Part shown: positions 25,969 to 40,600 of the stretch, piece by piece
How positions within the stretch are numbered: the stretch's first letter is position 1
How the letters are laid out: every line of letters starts with the position of its first letter
Assembly (NCBI GenBank): GCA_964016885.1
Contig: OZ024744.1
Coordinates: 31,248,001-31,312,000, forward strand
Direction of reading: 5' to 3'
DNA: 64,000 nucleotides
DNA from: Eledone cirrhosa
Taxonomy: Eukaryota
Translations under genes and position numbers: made by a program
Notes under the pieces: model-generated
What the model was told of the DNA's origin: nothing
The model's input: only the letters and a program-made list of their open reading frames with translations
Databases searched by the model: none

Positions 25969-26729
25969 CGTAGTTAAGAAAGCCACAACAATGCAGAGGG
26001 AAATCTCGAGGTAGGAAGTGAAAGATAGATAGGAAAAACAGGTGAAAGTGAAAATTGAGAGAGACAAAGATGAAAACAAAACAAAGGTAGAAGGGTTACC
26101 GTAGTGGAGATTTAATCCCAATATTTCGGGCTCACGCCCATCAACGGGGGGAAAAGTTCCAAAAGGCGGGGAACAGGCCAAGCGGAGAAAGTTGTGATGT
26201 CGTTAAGACAGGAATGCCGTTATGGGGAGAAAATTATTTAAAATTTAAACGAGGGAAAGAATGCGCGTGCGCGTGATAGGCTGTGGCAAAAGCTACTGAC
26301 CAAATGGGTTAAATCAAGAGGGTGCGCTAGCGTGTGAAGTCCGTAAGATATGTGTGTGTAAATATATATGTGTGTGTAACTGTGTGTGTATAAGTGTAAG
26401 TGTGTATATGTGTGAGTGTGTGTGTGTGTGAAAGATAGTGGGCTGTAGAAGCTGGAAATCAAAGGGTGTGAAAGGTGGTAGGTTGTAAAACATGTGTGCG
26501 TGTATAAATATAGATGTGTGTGTGTAAGCGTAAGGGTATACATGTGTGTGTAACTGTGTGTGTATATGTGTGAGTGCGTTTGTGTGTGAAAATTTTCACT
26601 TTCACCTGTTTTTCCTATCTATCTTTCACTTCCTACCTCGAGATTTCCCTCTGCATTGTTGTGGCGTTCTTAACTACGTATTTTACACATTTCACAATGC
26701 TTCAAGCAAACTTTAACACCCTCTTATCA
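25963..26729. mobile_element. Element with ~95-bp inverted repeats and asymmetric tail, in (TA)n
   Basis: 25963-26056 is the reverse complement of 26591-26685. Confidence 0.75.
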
Positions 26730-26754
26730 TATATATATATATATATATATATAT

Positions 26755-26947
26755 GAAAAACTATGACCCCGACGGCAGAGCTCAAGCCGTTTCGACGGCT
26801 ATTTCTGAGTCCACAAATAGCCGTCGAAACGGCTTGAGCTCTGCCGTCGGTGTCATACTTTTTCCTATTTCCCACTCTACTACCCTAAGTATTGAGTACT
26901 CTGGTGCGTTATGGTCCATCTGGTTCCTTACCACAATTCCTTCGTTA
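26755..26947 (+). mobile_element. Fold-back family A element
   Basis: Same layout as 8391-8586. Confidence 0.85.
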
Positions 26948-26949
26948 TA

Positions 26950-27389
26950 TATTGAAAGGCAGGTTGTACGATGCCTGCATACGAACAGCAATGCTGCATG
27001 GCAGTGAGACCTGGGCATTGTGTGCAGAGGATATACGCAGACTAGAGAGGAACGAAGCTTGCATGCTCCGCTGGATGTGTAACAGTAATATACGTGAACG
27101 GCAAAGCATAAACGAACTAAGGAAAAAATTAGAGATAAGAGGGATCAGATGTTGTTTACTCGAGAGAAGGCTACGTTGGTATGGACACGTGATGCGCATG
27201 AAAGTCGATAGCTGTATAACAAAGTGCAGGGCAATAAAGATAGACGGTAGTCACGGAATAGGCAGACCTAGAAAAACCTGGGACGAGCTGATAAACTCCG
27301 ACATCACACACTTACACCTCTCCAAGACAATGTCACTGGACCGAGACCTTTGGCGGTACTCAGTAACAGAGAAGACCCGCCTTACCTAA
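26950..27389 (+). mobile_element. RTE-clade LINE ORF C-terminus (5'-truncated)
   Basis: KGRLYDACIRTAMLHGSETW..RLRWYGHVMRM..GRPRKTW. Confidence 0.88.
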
Positions 27390-27594
27390 ATATATAGTAA
27401 AACCTACTCCAGCCAGTAGGCATCTCTAACAAAATACACCCCGTCCCACCACCACCACCCCACCCCATCCACACCACCCCGTTCTATGTAAAGTTATGTT
27501 GGTGCCGCGCCATCGAGGCCGAAACAAATGAGATCGTGTAGGTGTCACGACAAAAAAACACACAGTCCACGCTGTAATGTGGTCGTGTAGGCAA

Positions 27595-27785
27595 CACGGT
27601 AAAAACCTCCCAGACCCACACTGTAAATGTGGTTGGTGTTAGGAAGGGCATCCAACTGTAGAAAACCTGCCAGACAGTCCTATGCGAGCAAGACAATCAC
27701 TCTTGCCTCAAGTGGGACTACCCCCGTCCAAACCCATGCAAGCGTGGAACACGGACGTTAAACGTTGATGATGATGATGATGATG

Positions 27786-27787
<2 letters not shown>
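27595..27787 (+). mobile_element. SINE/RTE-type 3' tail ending in (GAT)n
   Basis: aggaagggcatccaactgtagaaa..ggacgttaaacgttgatgatgat. Confidence 0.55.
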
Positions 27788-27812
<25 letters not shown>

Positions 27813-27817
<5 letters not shown>

Positions 27818-27981
27818 AAATGTGTGAGATCCGTGGTACAGTTAGGTATATTGGAAAAAAAGGAAAAGAGTGACTTCACTTGTACTGTTAAACATTTTTG
27901 TAACACTACAAACATTTTTAACAGTTCAAAATTCTTTAACAGTACAAGTGAAGTCACTCTTTTCCTTTTTTTCAAATATAT
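27813..27981 (-). mobile_element. Short fold-back element in (TA)n
   Basis: 27846-27891 is inverted with 27935-27981; a 33-bp tail is on one side only. Confidence 0.7.
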
Positions 27982-28260
27982 ATATACACATTCGTATATA
28001 TATATATATATATAAATACATTCGTATATATTCATTTCGCATTTTATCAGAGCCTTAACTACTGTTTAATCTGAAGTAGACCACTCTCAGTAAATAAATG
28101 TATCACAATATTATGATATGTGTGAAGGTTATTTGTAAATGCATAGTTAACCGACGAGAAAGTGTTGTATTTGTGCGTCCAATAATACTGTTTGTGTCTT
28201 CAGGTTTTCAATTTGCATGTATTTGTTATCCTAAGTACATCCTGTGGTTTATTAATATGT

Positions 28261-28440
28261 AGGGCGGTGGATTGGCAGTATCGGTAGAGGGTCGGATGCC
28301 ATGATTTGACGCATAGAGTTACGGCCCTTGCCATTCTGAGTTCAAATGCCGCCGAGGTTAACTTTGCCTTTCAACCGTACGGGGTCGATAAAATAAAGTA
28401 AAAGTAATTGCTGGCCTTGTGCCAAAAGTAGAAACAATTA
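28261..28440 (+). mobile_element. tRNA-derived SINE
   Basis: A-box-like tggcagtatcggt and B-box-like gagttcaaatgcc; two other copies lie in this window. Confidence 0.8.
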
Positions 28441-28685
28441 ATATGTAGTGCCGTGTAGAATTTTGTAGGTTTCTGAGGTTTTTCATTCTGGTGTTATAGG
28501 ACTACATTCTAATACGTTTGTGATTAGATGTGCTGTAGGCTGTGTCCTGTTGTGTGTGTGTGTGTGTTTTACTATCTATTCTGAAATCAGAATGCATTTG
28601 TATCTTTTAGTACACGAAATAAAATATGTTGTTTGTACAATTTCCCATATGTTGTATCAATGTTAATAAATTTGTTTATAAATTA

Positions 28686-31600
28686 TCATGGCCAACTGAG
28701 ACGTAGGTAAACCCAGTACTAACTAATGTCCTCTGTCATGGCTAACTGAGACACTGGTAAACGCAGTACTAACGAATGTCCTCTGTCATGGCTAACTGAG
28801 ACATTGGTAAACCCAGTACTAACTAATGTCCTCTGTCATGGCTAACTGAGACATTGGTAAACCCAGTATTAACTAATGTCCTATGTCATGACCAACTGAG
28901 ACATTGGTAAACCCAGTACTAACTAATGTCCTCTGTCATGGCCAACTGAGACATTGGTAAACCCAGTACTAAATAATGTCCTATGTCATGGCCAACTGAG
29001 ACGTTGGTAAACCCAGTACTAATTAATGTCCAATCTCATGACCAACTGAGACGCTGTTAAACCCAGTACTAACTAATGTCCTCTGTCATGGCCAACTGAG
29101 ACATTGGTAAACCCAGTACTAACTAATGTCCTATGTCATGGCTAACTGAGACATTGGTAAACCCAGTACTAAATAATGTCCTATGTCAGGGTTAACTGAG
29201 ACGTTGGTAAACCCAGTACTAACTAATGTCCTATGTCATGACCAACTGAGACATTGGAAAACCCGGTACTAACTAATGTCCTCTTTTATGGCCAACTGAG
29301 ACGTTAGTAAACCCAGTACTAACGAATGTCCTCTGTCATGGCTAACTGAGACGTTGGTAAACCCAGTACTAAGTAATGTCCTATGTCATGGCCAACTAAG
29401 ACGTTGGTAAACCCAGTACTAACTAATGTCCTACGTCATGGCCAACTGAGACATTGGTAAACCCAGTACTAACTAATGTCCTCTGTCATGGCCAACTGAG
29501 ACATTGGTAAACCCAGTACTAACTAATGTCCTATGTCATAGCCAACTGAGACGTAGGTAAACCCAGTACTAACTAATGTCCTATGTCATGGCCAACTGAG
29601 ACATTGGTAAACCCAGTACTAACTAATGTCCTATGTCATGGTGAAATGAGACGTAGGTAAACCCAATACTAACTAATGTCCTCTGTCATGGCTAACTGAG
29701 ACATTGGTAAACCCAGTCCTAACTAATGTCCTCTGTCATGGCTAACTGAGACATTGGTAAACCCAGTACTAACTAATGTCCACTGTCATGGCCAACTGAG
29801 ACATTGGTAAACCTAGTACTAACTAATGTCCTCTGTCATGGCTAACTGAGACATTGGTAAACCCAGTACTAACTAATGTCCTATGTCATGACCAACTGAG
29901 ACATTGGTAAACACAGTACTAACTAATGTCCTATGACATGGCCAACTGAGACGTTGGTAAACTCAGTACTAACTAATGTCCTATGTCATGACCAACTGAG
30001 ATATTGGTAAACCCAGTACTAACTAATGTCCTCTGTCATGGCCAACTGACACATTGGTAAACCCAGTATTAACTAATGTCCTATGTCATGGCTAACTGAG
30101 ACGTTGGTAAACCCAGTACTAACTAATGTCCTATGACATGGCCAACTGAGACGTTGGTAAACCCAGTATTAACTAATATCCTATGTCATGACCAACTGAG
30201 ACATTGGTAAACCCAGTACTAACTAATGTCCTATGTCATGGCCAACTGAGACATTGGTAAACCCAGTATTAACTAATGTCCTATGTCATGGCCAACTGAG
30301 ACATTGGTAAACCCAGTACTAACTAATGTCCTCTCTCATGGCCAACTGAGACATTGGTAAACCCAGTATTAACTAATGTCCTCTGTCATGGACAACTGAG
30401 ATAATTCGTAAACCCAGTACTAACTAATGTCCTCTGTCATGAACAACTGAGACGTTGGTAAACCCAGTACTAACTAATGTCCTCTGACATGGCCAACTGA
30501 GATAATTGGTAAACCCAGTACTAACTGATGTCCTCTGTCATAGCTAACTAAGACATTGGTAAACCCAGTACTAACTAATGTCCTCTGTCATGGCCAACTG
30601 AGACATTGGTAAACCCAGTACTAACTAATGTCCTATGTCATGAACAACTGAGACGTTGGTAAACCCAGTACTAACTAATTTCCTATGTCAAGGCCAACTC
30701 AGACGTTGGTAAACCCAGTACTAACTAATGTCCTCTGTCATGGCTAACTGAGGCATTGGTAAACCCAGTACTAACTAATGTAATATGTCATGGCTAACTG
30801 AGACGTTGGTAAACCCAGTACTAAGTAATGTCCTATGTCATGGCCAACTGAGACGTTGGTAAACCCAGTATTAACTAATCTCCTCTGTCATGGCTAACTG
30901 AGACGTTGGTAAACCCAGTACTAACTAATGTCCTATGTCATGACCAACTGAGACGTTAGTAAACCCAGTATTAACTAATGTCCTCTGTCATGGCTAACAA
31001 AGACATTGGTAAACCCAGTACTAAGTAATGTCCTCTGTCATGGCCAACTGAGACGCTGGTAAATCCAGTACTAATTAATGTCCTCTGTCATAGCTAACTG
31101 AGACATTGGTAAACCCAGTACTAACTAATGTCCTATGTCAGGGCCAACTGAGACGTTGGTAAACCCAGTACTAACTAATGTCCTCTGTCATGGCTAACTT
31201 AGACATTGGTAAACCCAGTACTAACTAATGTAATATGTCATGGCTAACTGAGACGTTGGTAAACCCAGTACTAAGTAATGTCCTATGTCATGGCCAACTG
31301 AGACGTTGGTAAACCCAGTATTAACTAATCTCCTCTGTCATGGCTAACTGAGACGTTGGTAAACCCAGTACTAACTAATGTCCTATGACATGGCCAACTG
31401 AGACGTTGGTAAACCCAGTATTAACTAATATCCTATGTCATGACCAACTGAGACATTGGTAAACCCAGTACTAACTAATGTCCTCAGTCATGGCCAACTG
31501 AGACATTGGTAAACCCAGTATTAACTAATGTCCTATGTCATGGCCAACTGAGACATTGGTAAACCCAGTACTAACTAATGTCCTCAGTCATGGCCAACTG

Positions 31601-34600
31601 AGACATTGGTAAACCCAGTATTAACTAATGTCCTATGTCATGGCCAACTGAGACATTGGTAAACCCAGTACTAACTAATGTCCTCTCTCATGGCCAACTG
31701 AGACATTGGTAAACCCAGTACTAACTAATGTCCTCTGTCATGGCTAACTTAGACGTTGGTAAACCCAGTACTAACTAATGTAATATGTCATGGCTAACTG
31801 AGACGTTGGTAAACCCAGTACTAAGTAATGTCCTCTGTCATGGCCAACAGAGACGTTGGTAAACCCAGTTCTAAATAATGTCCTATGTCATGGCTAACTG
31901 AGACGTTGGTAAACCCAGTAATAACTAATCTCGTCTGTCATGGCCAACTGAGACGATGGTAAACCCAGTACTAACTAATGTCCTATGTCATGGCCAACTG
32001 AGACATTGTTAAACCCAGTACTAACTAATGTCCTATGTCATGACCAACTGATACGTTGGTACACCCAGTACTAAATAATGTCCTCTGTCATGGCCAACCG
32101 AGACGTTGGTAAACCCAGTATTAACTAATGTCCTATGTCATGACCAACTGAGACATTGGTAAACCGAGTACTAAGTAATATCCTATGTCATGGCCAACTG
32201 AGACGTTGGTAAACCCAGTACTAACTAATGTCCTCTGTCATGGCCAACTGAGACGTTGGTAAATCCAACACTTACTAATGTCCTATGTCATGACCAACTG
32301 AGACCTTGGTAAACCCAGTACTAACTAATGTCCTCTGTCATGGCTAACTGAGACATTGGTAAACCCAGTACTAACTAATGTCCTATGTCATGACCAACTG
32401 AGACGTTGGTAAACCCAGTACTAACTAATGTCCTCTGTCATGGCCAACTGAGACGTTGGTAAACCCAGTATTAACTAATGTCCTATGTCATGGCTAACTG
32501 AGACATTGGTGAACTTAGTACTAACTAATATCCTACGTCATGACCAACTGAGACATAGGTAAACCCAGTACTAACTAATGTCCTATGTCATGGCCAACTG
32601 AGATGTTGTTAAACTCAGTAGTAACTAATGTCCTATGTCATGGCCAACTGAGACATTAGTAAACCCAGTACTAACTAATGTGCTCTGTCATGGCCAACTA
32701 AGACATTGGTAAACCAGTACTAAATAATGTCCTATGTCATGTCCAAGTGAGACGTAGGTAAACCCAGTACTAACTAATGTCCTATGTCATGGCCAACTGA
32801 GACATTGGTAAACCCAGTTCTAACTAATGTCATCTGTCATGGGCAACTGAGACATTGGTAAACCCAGTACTAAGGAATGTCCTATGTTATGGACAACTGA
32901 GACGTTGGTAAACCCAGTACTAACTAATGTCCTCTGTCATGGCCAACTGAGACGTTGGTAAACCCACTACTAACTAATGTACTCTGTCATGGCCAACTGA
33001 GACGTTGGTAAACCCAGTACTAACTAATTTCCTATGTCATTACCAACTGAGAGGTTGGTAAACCCAGTACTAACTAATGTCCTCTGTCATGGCTAACTGA
33101 GACATTGATAAACCCAGTACTAACTAATGTCCTCTGCCATGGCCAACTGAGACATTGGTAAACCCAGTAGTAAGGAATGTCCTATGTCATGGCCAACTGA
33201 GATGTTGGTAAACCCAGTACTAACTAATGTCATATGTCATGACCAACTGAGACATTGGTAAACCCAGTACTAACTAATGTCCTATGTCATGGCTAACTGA
33301 GACATTGGTAAACCCAGTACTAACTAATGCCTCTGTCATGGCTAACTGAGACATTGGTAAACCCAGTACTAAGTAATGTCCACTGTCATGACCAACTGAG
33401 ACATTGGTAAACACAGTACTAACTAATGTCCTATGACATGGCCAACTGAGACGTTGGTAAACTCAGTACTAACTAATGTCCTATGTCATAACCAACTGAG
33501 ACATTGGTAAACCCAGTACTAACTAATGTCCTCTACCATGGGCAACTGAGACATTGGTAAACCCAGTATTAACTAATGTCCTATGTCATGGCTAACTGAG
33601 ACGTTGGTAAACCCAGTACTAACTAATGTCCTATGACATGGCCAACTGAGACGTTGGTAAACCCAGTATTAACTAATATCCTATGTGATGACCAACTGAG
33701 ACATTGGTAAACCCAGTACTAACTAATGTCCTATGTCATGGCCAACTGAGACATTGGTAAACCCAGTACTAATTAATGTCCTATGTCATGGCTAACTGTG
33801 ACGTTGGTAAACTCAGTACTAACTAATGTCCTATGTCATGACCAACTGAGACATTGGTATACCCAGTACTAACTAATGTCCTCTGTCATGGCTAACTGAG
33901 ACATTGGTAAACCCAGTACTAACTAATGTCCTCTCTCATGGCCAACTGAGACATTGGTAAACCCAGTACAAACTAATGTCCTATGTCATGAACAACTGAG
34001 ACGTTGGTAAACCCAGTACTAACTAATGTCCTATGTCAGGGCCAACTGAGACGTGGTAAACCCAGTACTAACTAATGTCCTCTGTCATGGCTAACTGAGA
34101 CATTGGTAAACCCAGTAGTAACTAATGTAATATGTCATGGCTAACTGAGACGTTGGTAAACCTAGTACTAACTAATGTAATATGTCATGGCCAACTGAGA
34201 CGTTGGTAAACCCAGTATTAACTAATCTCCTCTGTCATGGCTAACTGAGACGTTGGTAAACCCAGTACTAACTAATCTCGTCTGTCATGGCCAACTGAGA
34301 CGTTGGTAAACCCAGTACTAACTAATGTCCTATGTCATGGCCAACTGAGACATTGTTAAACCCAGTACTAACTAATGTCCTATGTCATGACCAACTGATA
34401 CGTTGGTACACCCAGTACTAACTAATGTCCTCTGTCATGGCCAACCGAGACGTTGGTAAACCCAGTATTAACTAATGTCCTATGTCATGACCAACTGAGA
34501 CATTGGTAAACCGAGTACTAAGTAATATCCTATGTCATGGCCAACTGAGACGTTGGTAAACCCAGTACTAACTAATGTCCTCTGTCATGGCCAACTGAGA

Positions 34601-37600
34601 CGTTGGTAAACCCAACACTTACTAATGTCCTATGTCATGACCAACTGAGACCTTGGTAAACCCAGTACTAACTAATGTCCTCTGTCATGGCTAACTGAGA
34701 CATTGGTAAACCCAGTAATAACTAATGTCCTATGTCATGACCAACTGAGACGTTGGTAAACCAAGTACTAACTAATGTCCTCTGTCATGGCCAACTGAGA
34801 CGTTGTTAAACCCAGTATTAACTAATGTCCTATGTCATGGCTAACTGAGACATTGGTGAACTTAGTACTAACTAATATCCTACGTCATGACCAACTGAGA
34901 CATAGGTAAACCCAGTACTAACTAATGTCCTATGTCATGGCCAACTGAGATGTTGTTAAACTCAGTAGTAACTAATGTACTATGTCATGGCCAACTGAGA
35001 CATTAGTAAACCTAGTACTAACTAATGTGCTCTGTCATGGCCAACTATGACATTGGTAAACCAGTACTAAATAATGTCCTATGTCATGTCCAACTGAGAC
35101 GTAGGTAAACCCAGTACTAACTAATGTCCTATGTCATGGCCAACTGAGACATTGGTAAACCCAGTTCTAACTAATGTCATCTGTCATGGGCAACTGAGAC
35201 ATTGGTAAACCCAGTACTAAGGAATGTCCTATGTTATGGACAAATGAGACGTTGGTAAACTCAGTACTAACTAATGTCCTCTGTCATGGCCAACTGAGAC
35301 GTTGGTAAACCGACTACTAACTAATGTACTCTGTCATGGCCAACTGAGACGTTGGTAAACCCAGTACTAACTAATTTCCTATGTCATTACCAACTGAGAG
35401 GTTGGTAAACCCAGTACTAACTAATGTCCTCTGTCATGGCTAACTGAGACATTGATAAACCCAGTACTAACTAATGTCCTCTGTCATGGCCAACTGAGAC
35501 ATTGGTAAACCCAGTAGTAAGGAATGTCCTATGTCATGGCCAACTGAGATGTTGGTAAAGCCAGTACTAACTAATGTCATATGTCATGACCAACTGAGAC
35601 ATTGGTAAACCCAGTAGTAACTAATGTCCTATGTCATGGCTAACTGAGACATTGGTAAACCCAGTACTAACTAATGCCTCTGTCATGGCTAACTGAGACA
35701 TTGGTAAACCCAGTACTAACTAATGTCCTATGTCATGACCAACTGAGACATTGGTAAACCCAGTACTAATTAATGTCCTATGTCATGGCTAACTGAGACG
35801 TTGGTAAACTCAGTACTAACTAATGTCCTATGTCATGACCAACTGAGACATTGGTATACCCAGTACTAACTAATGTCCTCTGTCATGGCTAACTGAGACA
35901 TTGGTAAACCCAGTACTAACTAATGTCATCTCTCATGGCCAACTGAGACATTGGTAAACCCAGTACAAACTAATGTCCTATGTCATGAACAACTGAGACG
36001 TTGGTAAACCCAGTACTAACTAATCTCCTATGTCAGGGCCAACTGAGACGTGGTAAACCCAGTACTAACTAATGTCCTCTGTCATGGCTAACTGAGACAT
36101 TGGTAAACCCAGTAGTAACTAATGTAATATGTCATGGCTAACTGAGACGTTGGTAAACCCAGTACTAACTAATGTAATATGTCATGGCCAACTGAGACGT
36201 TGGTAAACCCAGTATTAACTAATCTCAACTGTCATGGCTAACTGAGACGTTGGTAAACCCAGTACTAACTAATGTCCTATGTCATGACCAACTGAGACGT
36301 TAGTAAAGCCAGTATTAAATAATGTCCTCTGTCATGGCTAACTGAGACATTGGTAAACCCAGTACTAAGTAATGTCCTCTGTCATGGCCAACTGAGACGC
36401 TGGTAAATCCAGTACTAATTAATGTCCGCTGTCATGGCTAACTGAGACATTGGTAAACACAGTACTAACTAATGTCCTATGTCAGGGCCAACTGAGACGT
36501 TGGTAAACCCAGTACTAACTAATGTCCTCTGTCATGGCTAACTGAGACATTGGTAAACCCAGTACTAACTAATGTAATATGTCATGGCTAACTGAGACGT
36601 TGGTAAACCCAGTACTAAGTAATGTCCTATGTCATGGCCAACTGAGAGGTTGGTAAACCCAGTATTAACTAATCTCCTCTGTCATGGCTAACTGAGACGT
36701 TGGTAAACCCAGTACTAACTAATGTCCTATCTCATGACCAACTGAGACGTCAGTAAACCCAGTATTAACTAATGTCCTCTGTCATGGCTAACTGAGACAT
36801 TGGTAAACCCAGTACTAAGAAATGTCCTCTGTCATGGCCAACAGAGACGTTGGTAAACCCAGTTCTAAATAATGTCCTATGTCATGGCTAACTGAGACGT
36901 TGGTAAACCCAGTAATAACTAATCTCGTCTGTCATGGCCAACTGTGACGTTGGTAAACCCAGTACTAACTAATGTCCTATGTCATGGCCAACTGAGACAT
37001 TGTTAAACCCAGTACTAACTAATGTCCTATGTCATGACCAACTGATACGTTGGTACACCCAGTACTAACTAATGTCCTCTGTCATGGCCAACCGAGACGT
37101 TGGTAAACCCAGTATTAACTAATGTCCTATGTCATGACCAACTGAGACATTGGTAAACCGAGTACTAAGTAATATCCTATGTCATGGCCAACTGAGACGT
37201 TGGTAAACCCAGTACTAACTAATGTCCTCTGTCATGGCCAACTGAGACGTTGCTAAACCCAACACTTACTAATGTCCTATGTCATGACCAACTGAGACCT
37301 TGGTAAACCCAGTACTAACTAATGTCCTCTGTCATGGCTAACTGAGACATTGGTAAACCCAGTACTAACTAATGTCCTCTGTCATGGCCAACTGAGACGT
37401 TGGTAAACCCAGTATTAACTAATGTCATATGTCATGGCTAACTGAGACATTGGTGAACTTAGTACTAAATAATATCCTACGTCATGACCAACTGAGACAT
37501 AGGTAAACCCAGTACTAACTAATGTCCTATGTCATGGCCAACTGAGATGTTGTTAAACTCAGTAGTATCTAATGTCCTATGTCATGGCCAACTGAGACAT

Positions 37601-40600
37601 TAGTAAACCCAGTACTAACTAATGTGCTCTGTCATGGCCAACTAAGACATTGGTAAACCAGTACTAAATAATGTCCTATGTCATGTCCAACTGAGACGTA
37701 GGTAAACCCAGTACTAACTAATGTCCTATGTCATGGCCAACTGAGACATTGGTAAACCCAGTTCTAACTAATGTCATCTGTCATGGGCAACTGAGACATT
37801 GGTAAACCCAGTACTAAGGAATGTCCTATGTTATGGACAACTGAGACGTTCGTAAACCCAGTACTAACTAATGTCCTCTGTCATGGCCAACTGAGACGTT
37901 GGTAAACCCACTACTAACTAATGTACTCTGTCATGGCCAACTGAGACGTTGGTAAACCCAGTACTAACTAATTTCCTATGTCATTACCAACTGAGAGGTT
38001 GGTAAACCCAGTACTAACTAATGTCCTCTGTCATGGCTAACTGAGACATTGATAAACCCAGTACTAACTAATGTCCTCTGTCATGGCCAACTGAGACATT
38101 GGTAAACCCAGTACTAACTAATGTCCTATGTCATGGCCAACTGAGATGTTGGTAAAGCCAGTACTAACTAATGTCATATGTCATGACCAACTGAGACATT
38201 GGTAAACCCAGTACTAACTAATGTCCTATGTCATGGCTAACTGAGACAGTGGTAAACCCAGTACTAACTAATGCCTCTGTCATGGCTAACTGAGACATTG
38301 GTAAACCCAGTACTAACTAATGTCCACTGTCATGGCCAAGTGAGACATTGGTAAACCCAGTACTAACTAATGTCCTATGTCATGACCAACTGAGACATTG
38401 GTAAACACAGTACTAACTAATGTCCTATGACATGGCCAACTGAGACGTTGGTAAACTCAGTACTAACTAATGTCCTATGTCATAACCAACTGAGACATTG
38501 GTAAACCCAGTACTAACTAATGTCCTCTATCATGGGCAACTGAGACATTGGTAAACCCAGTATTAACTAATGTCCTATGTCATGGCTAACTGAGACGTTG
38601 GAAAACCCAGTACTAACTAATGTCCTATGACATGGCCAACTGAGACGTTGGTAAACCCAGTATTAACTAATATCCTATGTGATGACCAACTGAGACATTG
38701 GTAAACCCAGTACTAACTAATGTCCTCTGTCATGGCCAACTGAGACATTGGTAAACCCAGTATTAACTAATGTCCTATGTCATGGCCAACTGAGACATTG
38801 GTAAACCCAGTACTAATTAATGTCCTATGTCATGGCTAACTGAGACGTTGGTAAACTCAGTACTAACTAATGTCCTATGTCATGACCAACTGAGACATTG
38901 GTATACCCAGTACTAACTAATGTCCTCTGTCATGGCTAACTGAGACATTGGTAAACCCAGTACTAACTAATGTCCTCTCTCATGGCCAACTGAGACATTG
39001 GTAAACCCAGTACAAACTAATGTCCTATGTCATGAACAACTGAGACGTTGGTAAACCCAGTACTAACTAATGTCCTATGTCAGGGCCAACTGAGACGTGG
39101 TAAACCCAGTACTAACTAATGTCCTCTGTCATGGCTAACTGAGACATTGGTAAACCCAGTAGTAACTAATGTAATATGTCATGGCTAACTGAGACGTTGG
39201 TAAACCCAGTACTAACTAATGTAATATGTCATAGCCAACTGAGACGTTGGTAAACCCACTATTAACTAATCTCCTCTGTCATGGCTAACTGAGACGTTGG
39301 TAAACCCAGTACTAACTAATGTCCTATGTCATGACCAACTGAGACGTTAGTAAACCCAGTATTAACTAATGACCTCTGTCATGGCTAACTGAGACATTGT
39401 AAATCCAGTACTAACTAATGTCCTCTGTCATGGCCAACTGAGACGCTGGTAAATCCAGTACTAATTAATGTACTCTGTCATGGCTAACTGAGACATTGGT
39501 AAACCCAGTACTAACTAATGTCATATGTCATGGCCAACTGAGACGTTGGTAAACACAATATTAAATAATGTCCTATGTCATGACTAACTGAGACATTGGT
39601 AAACCCAGTAACAACTAATGTCGTCTGTCATGACCAACTGATACGTTGGTACACCCAGTACTAACTAATGTCCTCTGTGATGGCCAACTGAGACGTTGGT
39701 AAACCCAGTACTAACTAATGTCCTCTGTCATGGCTAACTGAGACATTGGTAAACCCAGTACTAACTAATGTCCTATGTCATGACCAACTGAGACATTGGT
39801 AAACCCAGTACTAACTAATTACCTATGTCATGGCCAACTGAGACGTTGTTAAACCCAGTAGTAACTAATGTCCTATGTCATGGCCAACTGAGACATTAGT
39901 AAACCCAGTACTAACTAATGTGCTCTGTCATGGCCAACTAAGACATTGGTAAACCAGTACTAAATAATGTCCTATGTCATGTCCAACTGAGACGTAGGTA
40001 AACCCAGTACTAACTAATGTCCTATGTCATGGCCAACTGAGACATTGGTAAACCCAGTTCTAACTAATGTCCTCTGTCATGGGCAACTGAGACATTGGTA
40101 AACCCAGTACTAAGGAATGTCCTATGTTATGGCCAACTGAGACGTTGGTAAACCCAGTACTAACTAATGTCCTCTGTCATGGCCAACTGAGACGTTCGTA
40201 AACCCAGTACTAACTAATGTCCTCTCTCATGGCCAACTGAGACATTGGTAAACCCAGTATTAACTAATGTCCTCTGTCATGGACAACAGAGATAATTGGT
40301 AAACCCAGTACTAACTAATGTCCTCTGTCATGAACAACTGAGACGTTGGTAAACCCAGTACTAACTAATGTCCTCTGTCATGGCTAACTGAGACATTGGT
40401 AAACCCAGTATTAACTAATGTCCTCTGTCATGGCCAACTGAGACATCGGTAAACCCAGTACTAACTAATGTCCTATGTCATGAACAACTGAGACGTTGGT
40501 AAACCCAGTACTAACTAATGTCCTATGTCAGGGCCAACTGAGACGTGGTAAACCCAGTACTAACTAATGTCCTCTGTCATGGCTAACTGAGACATTGGTA

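Noticed and set aside
28686-28735. Satellite monomer as a hammerhead (CTGAGA..GTAAA)
   Set aside because: The core is one nucleotide short, there is no GAAA, and stems I and III do not pair.
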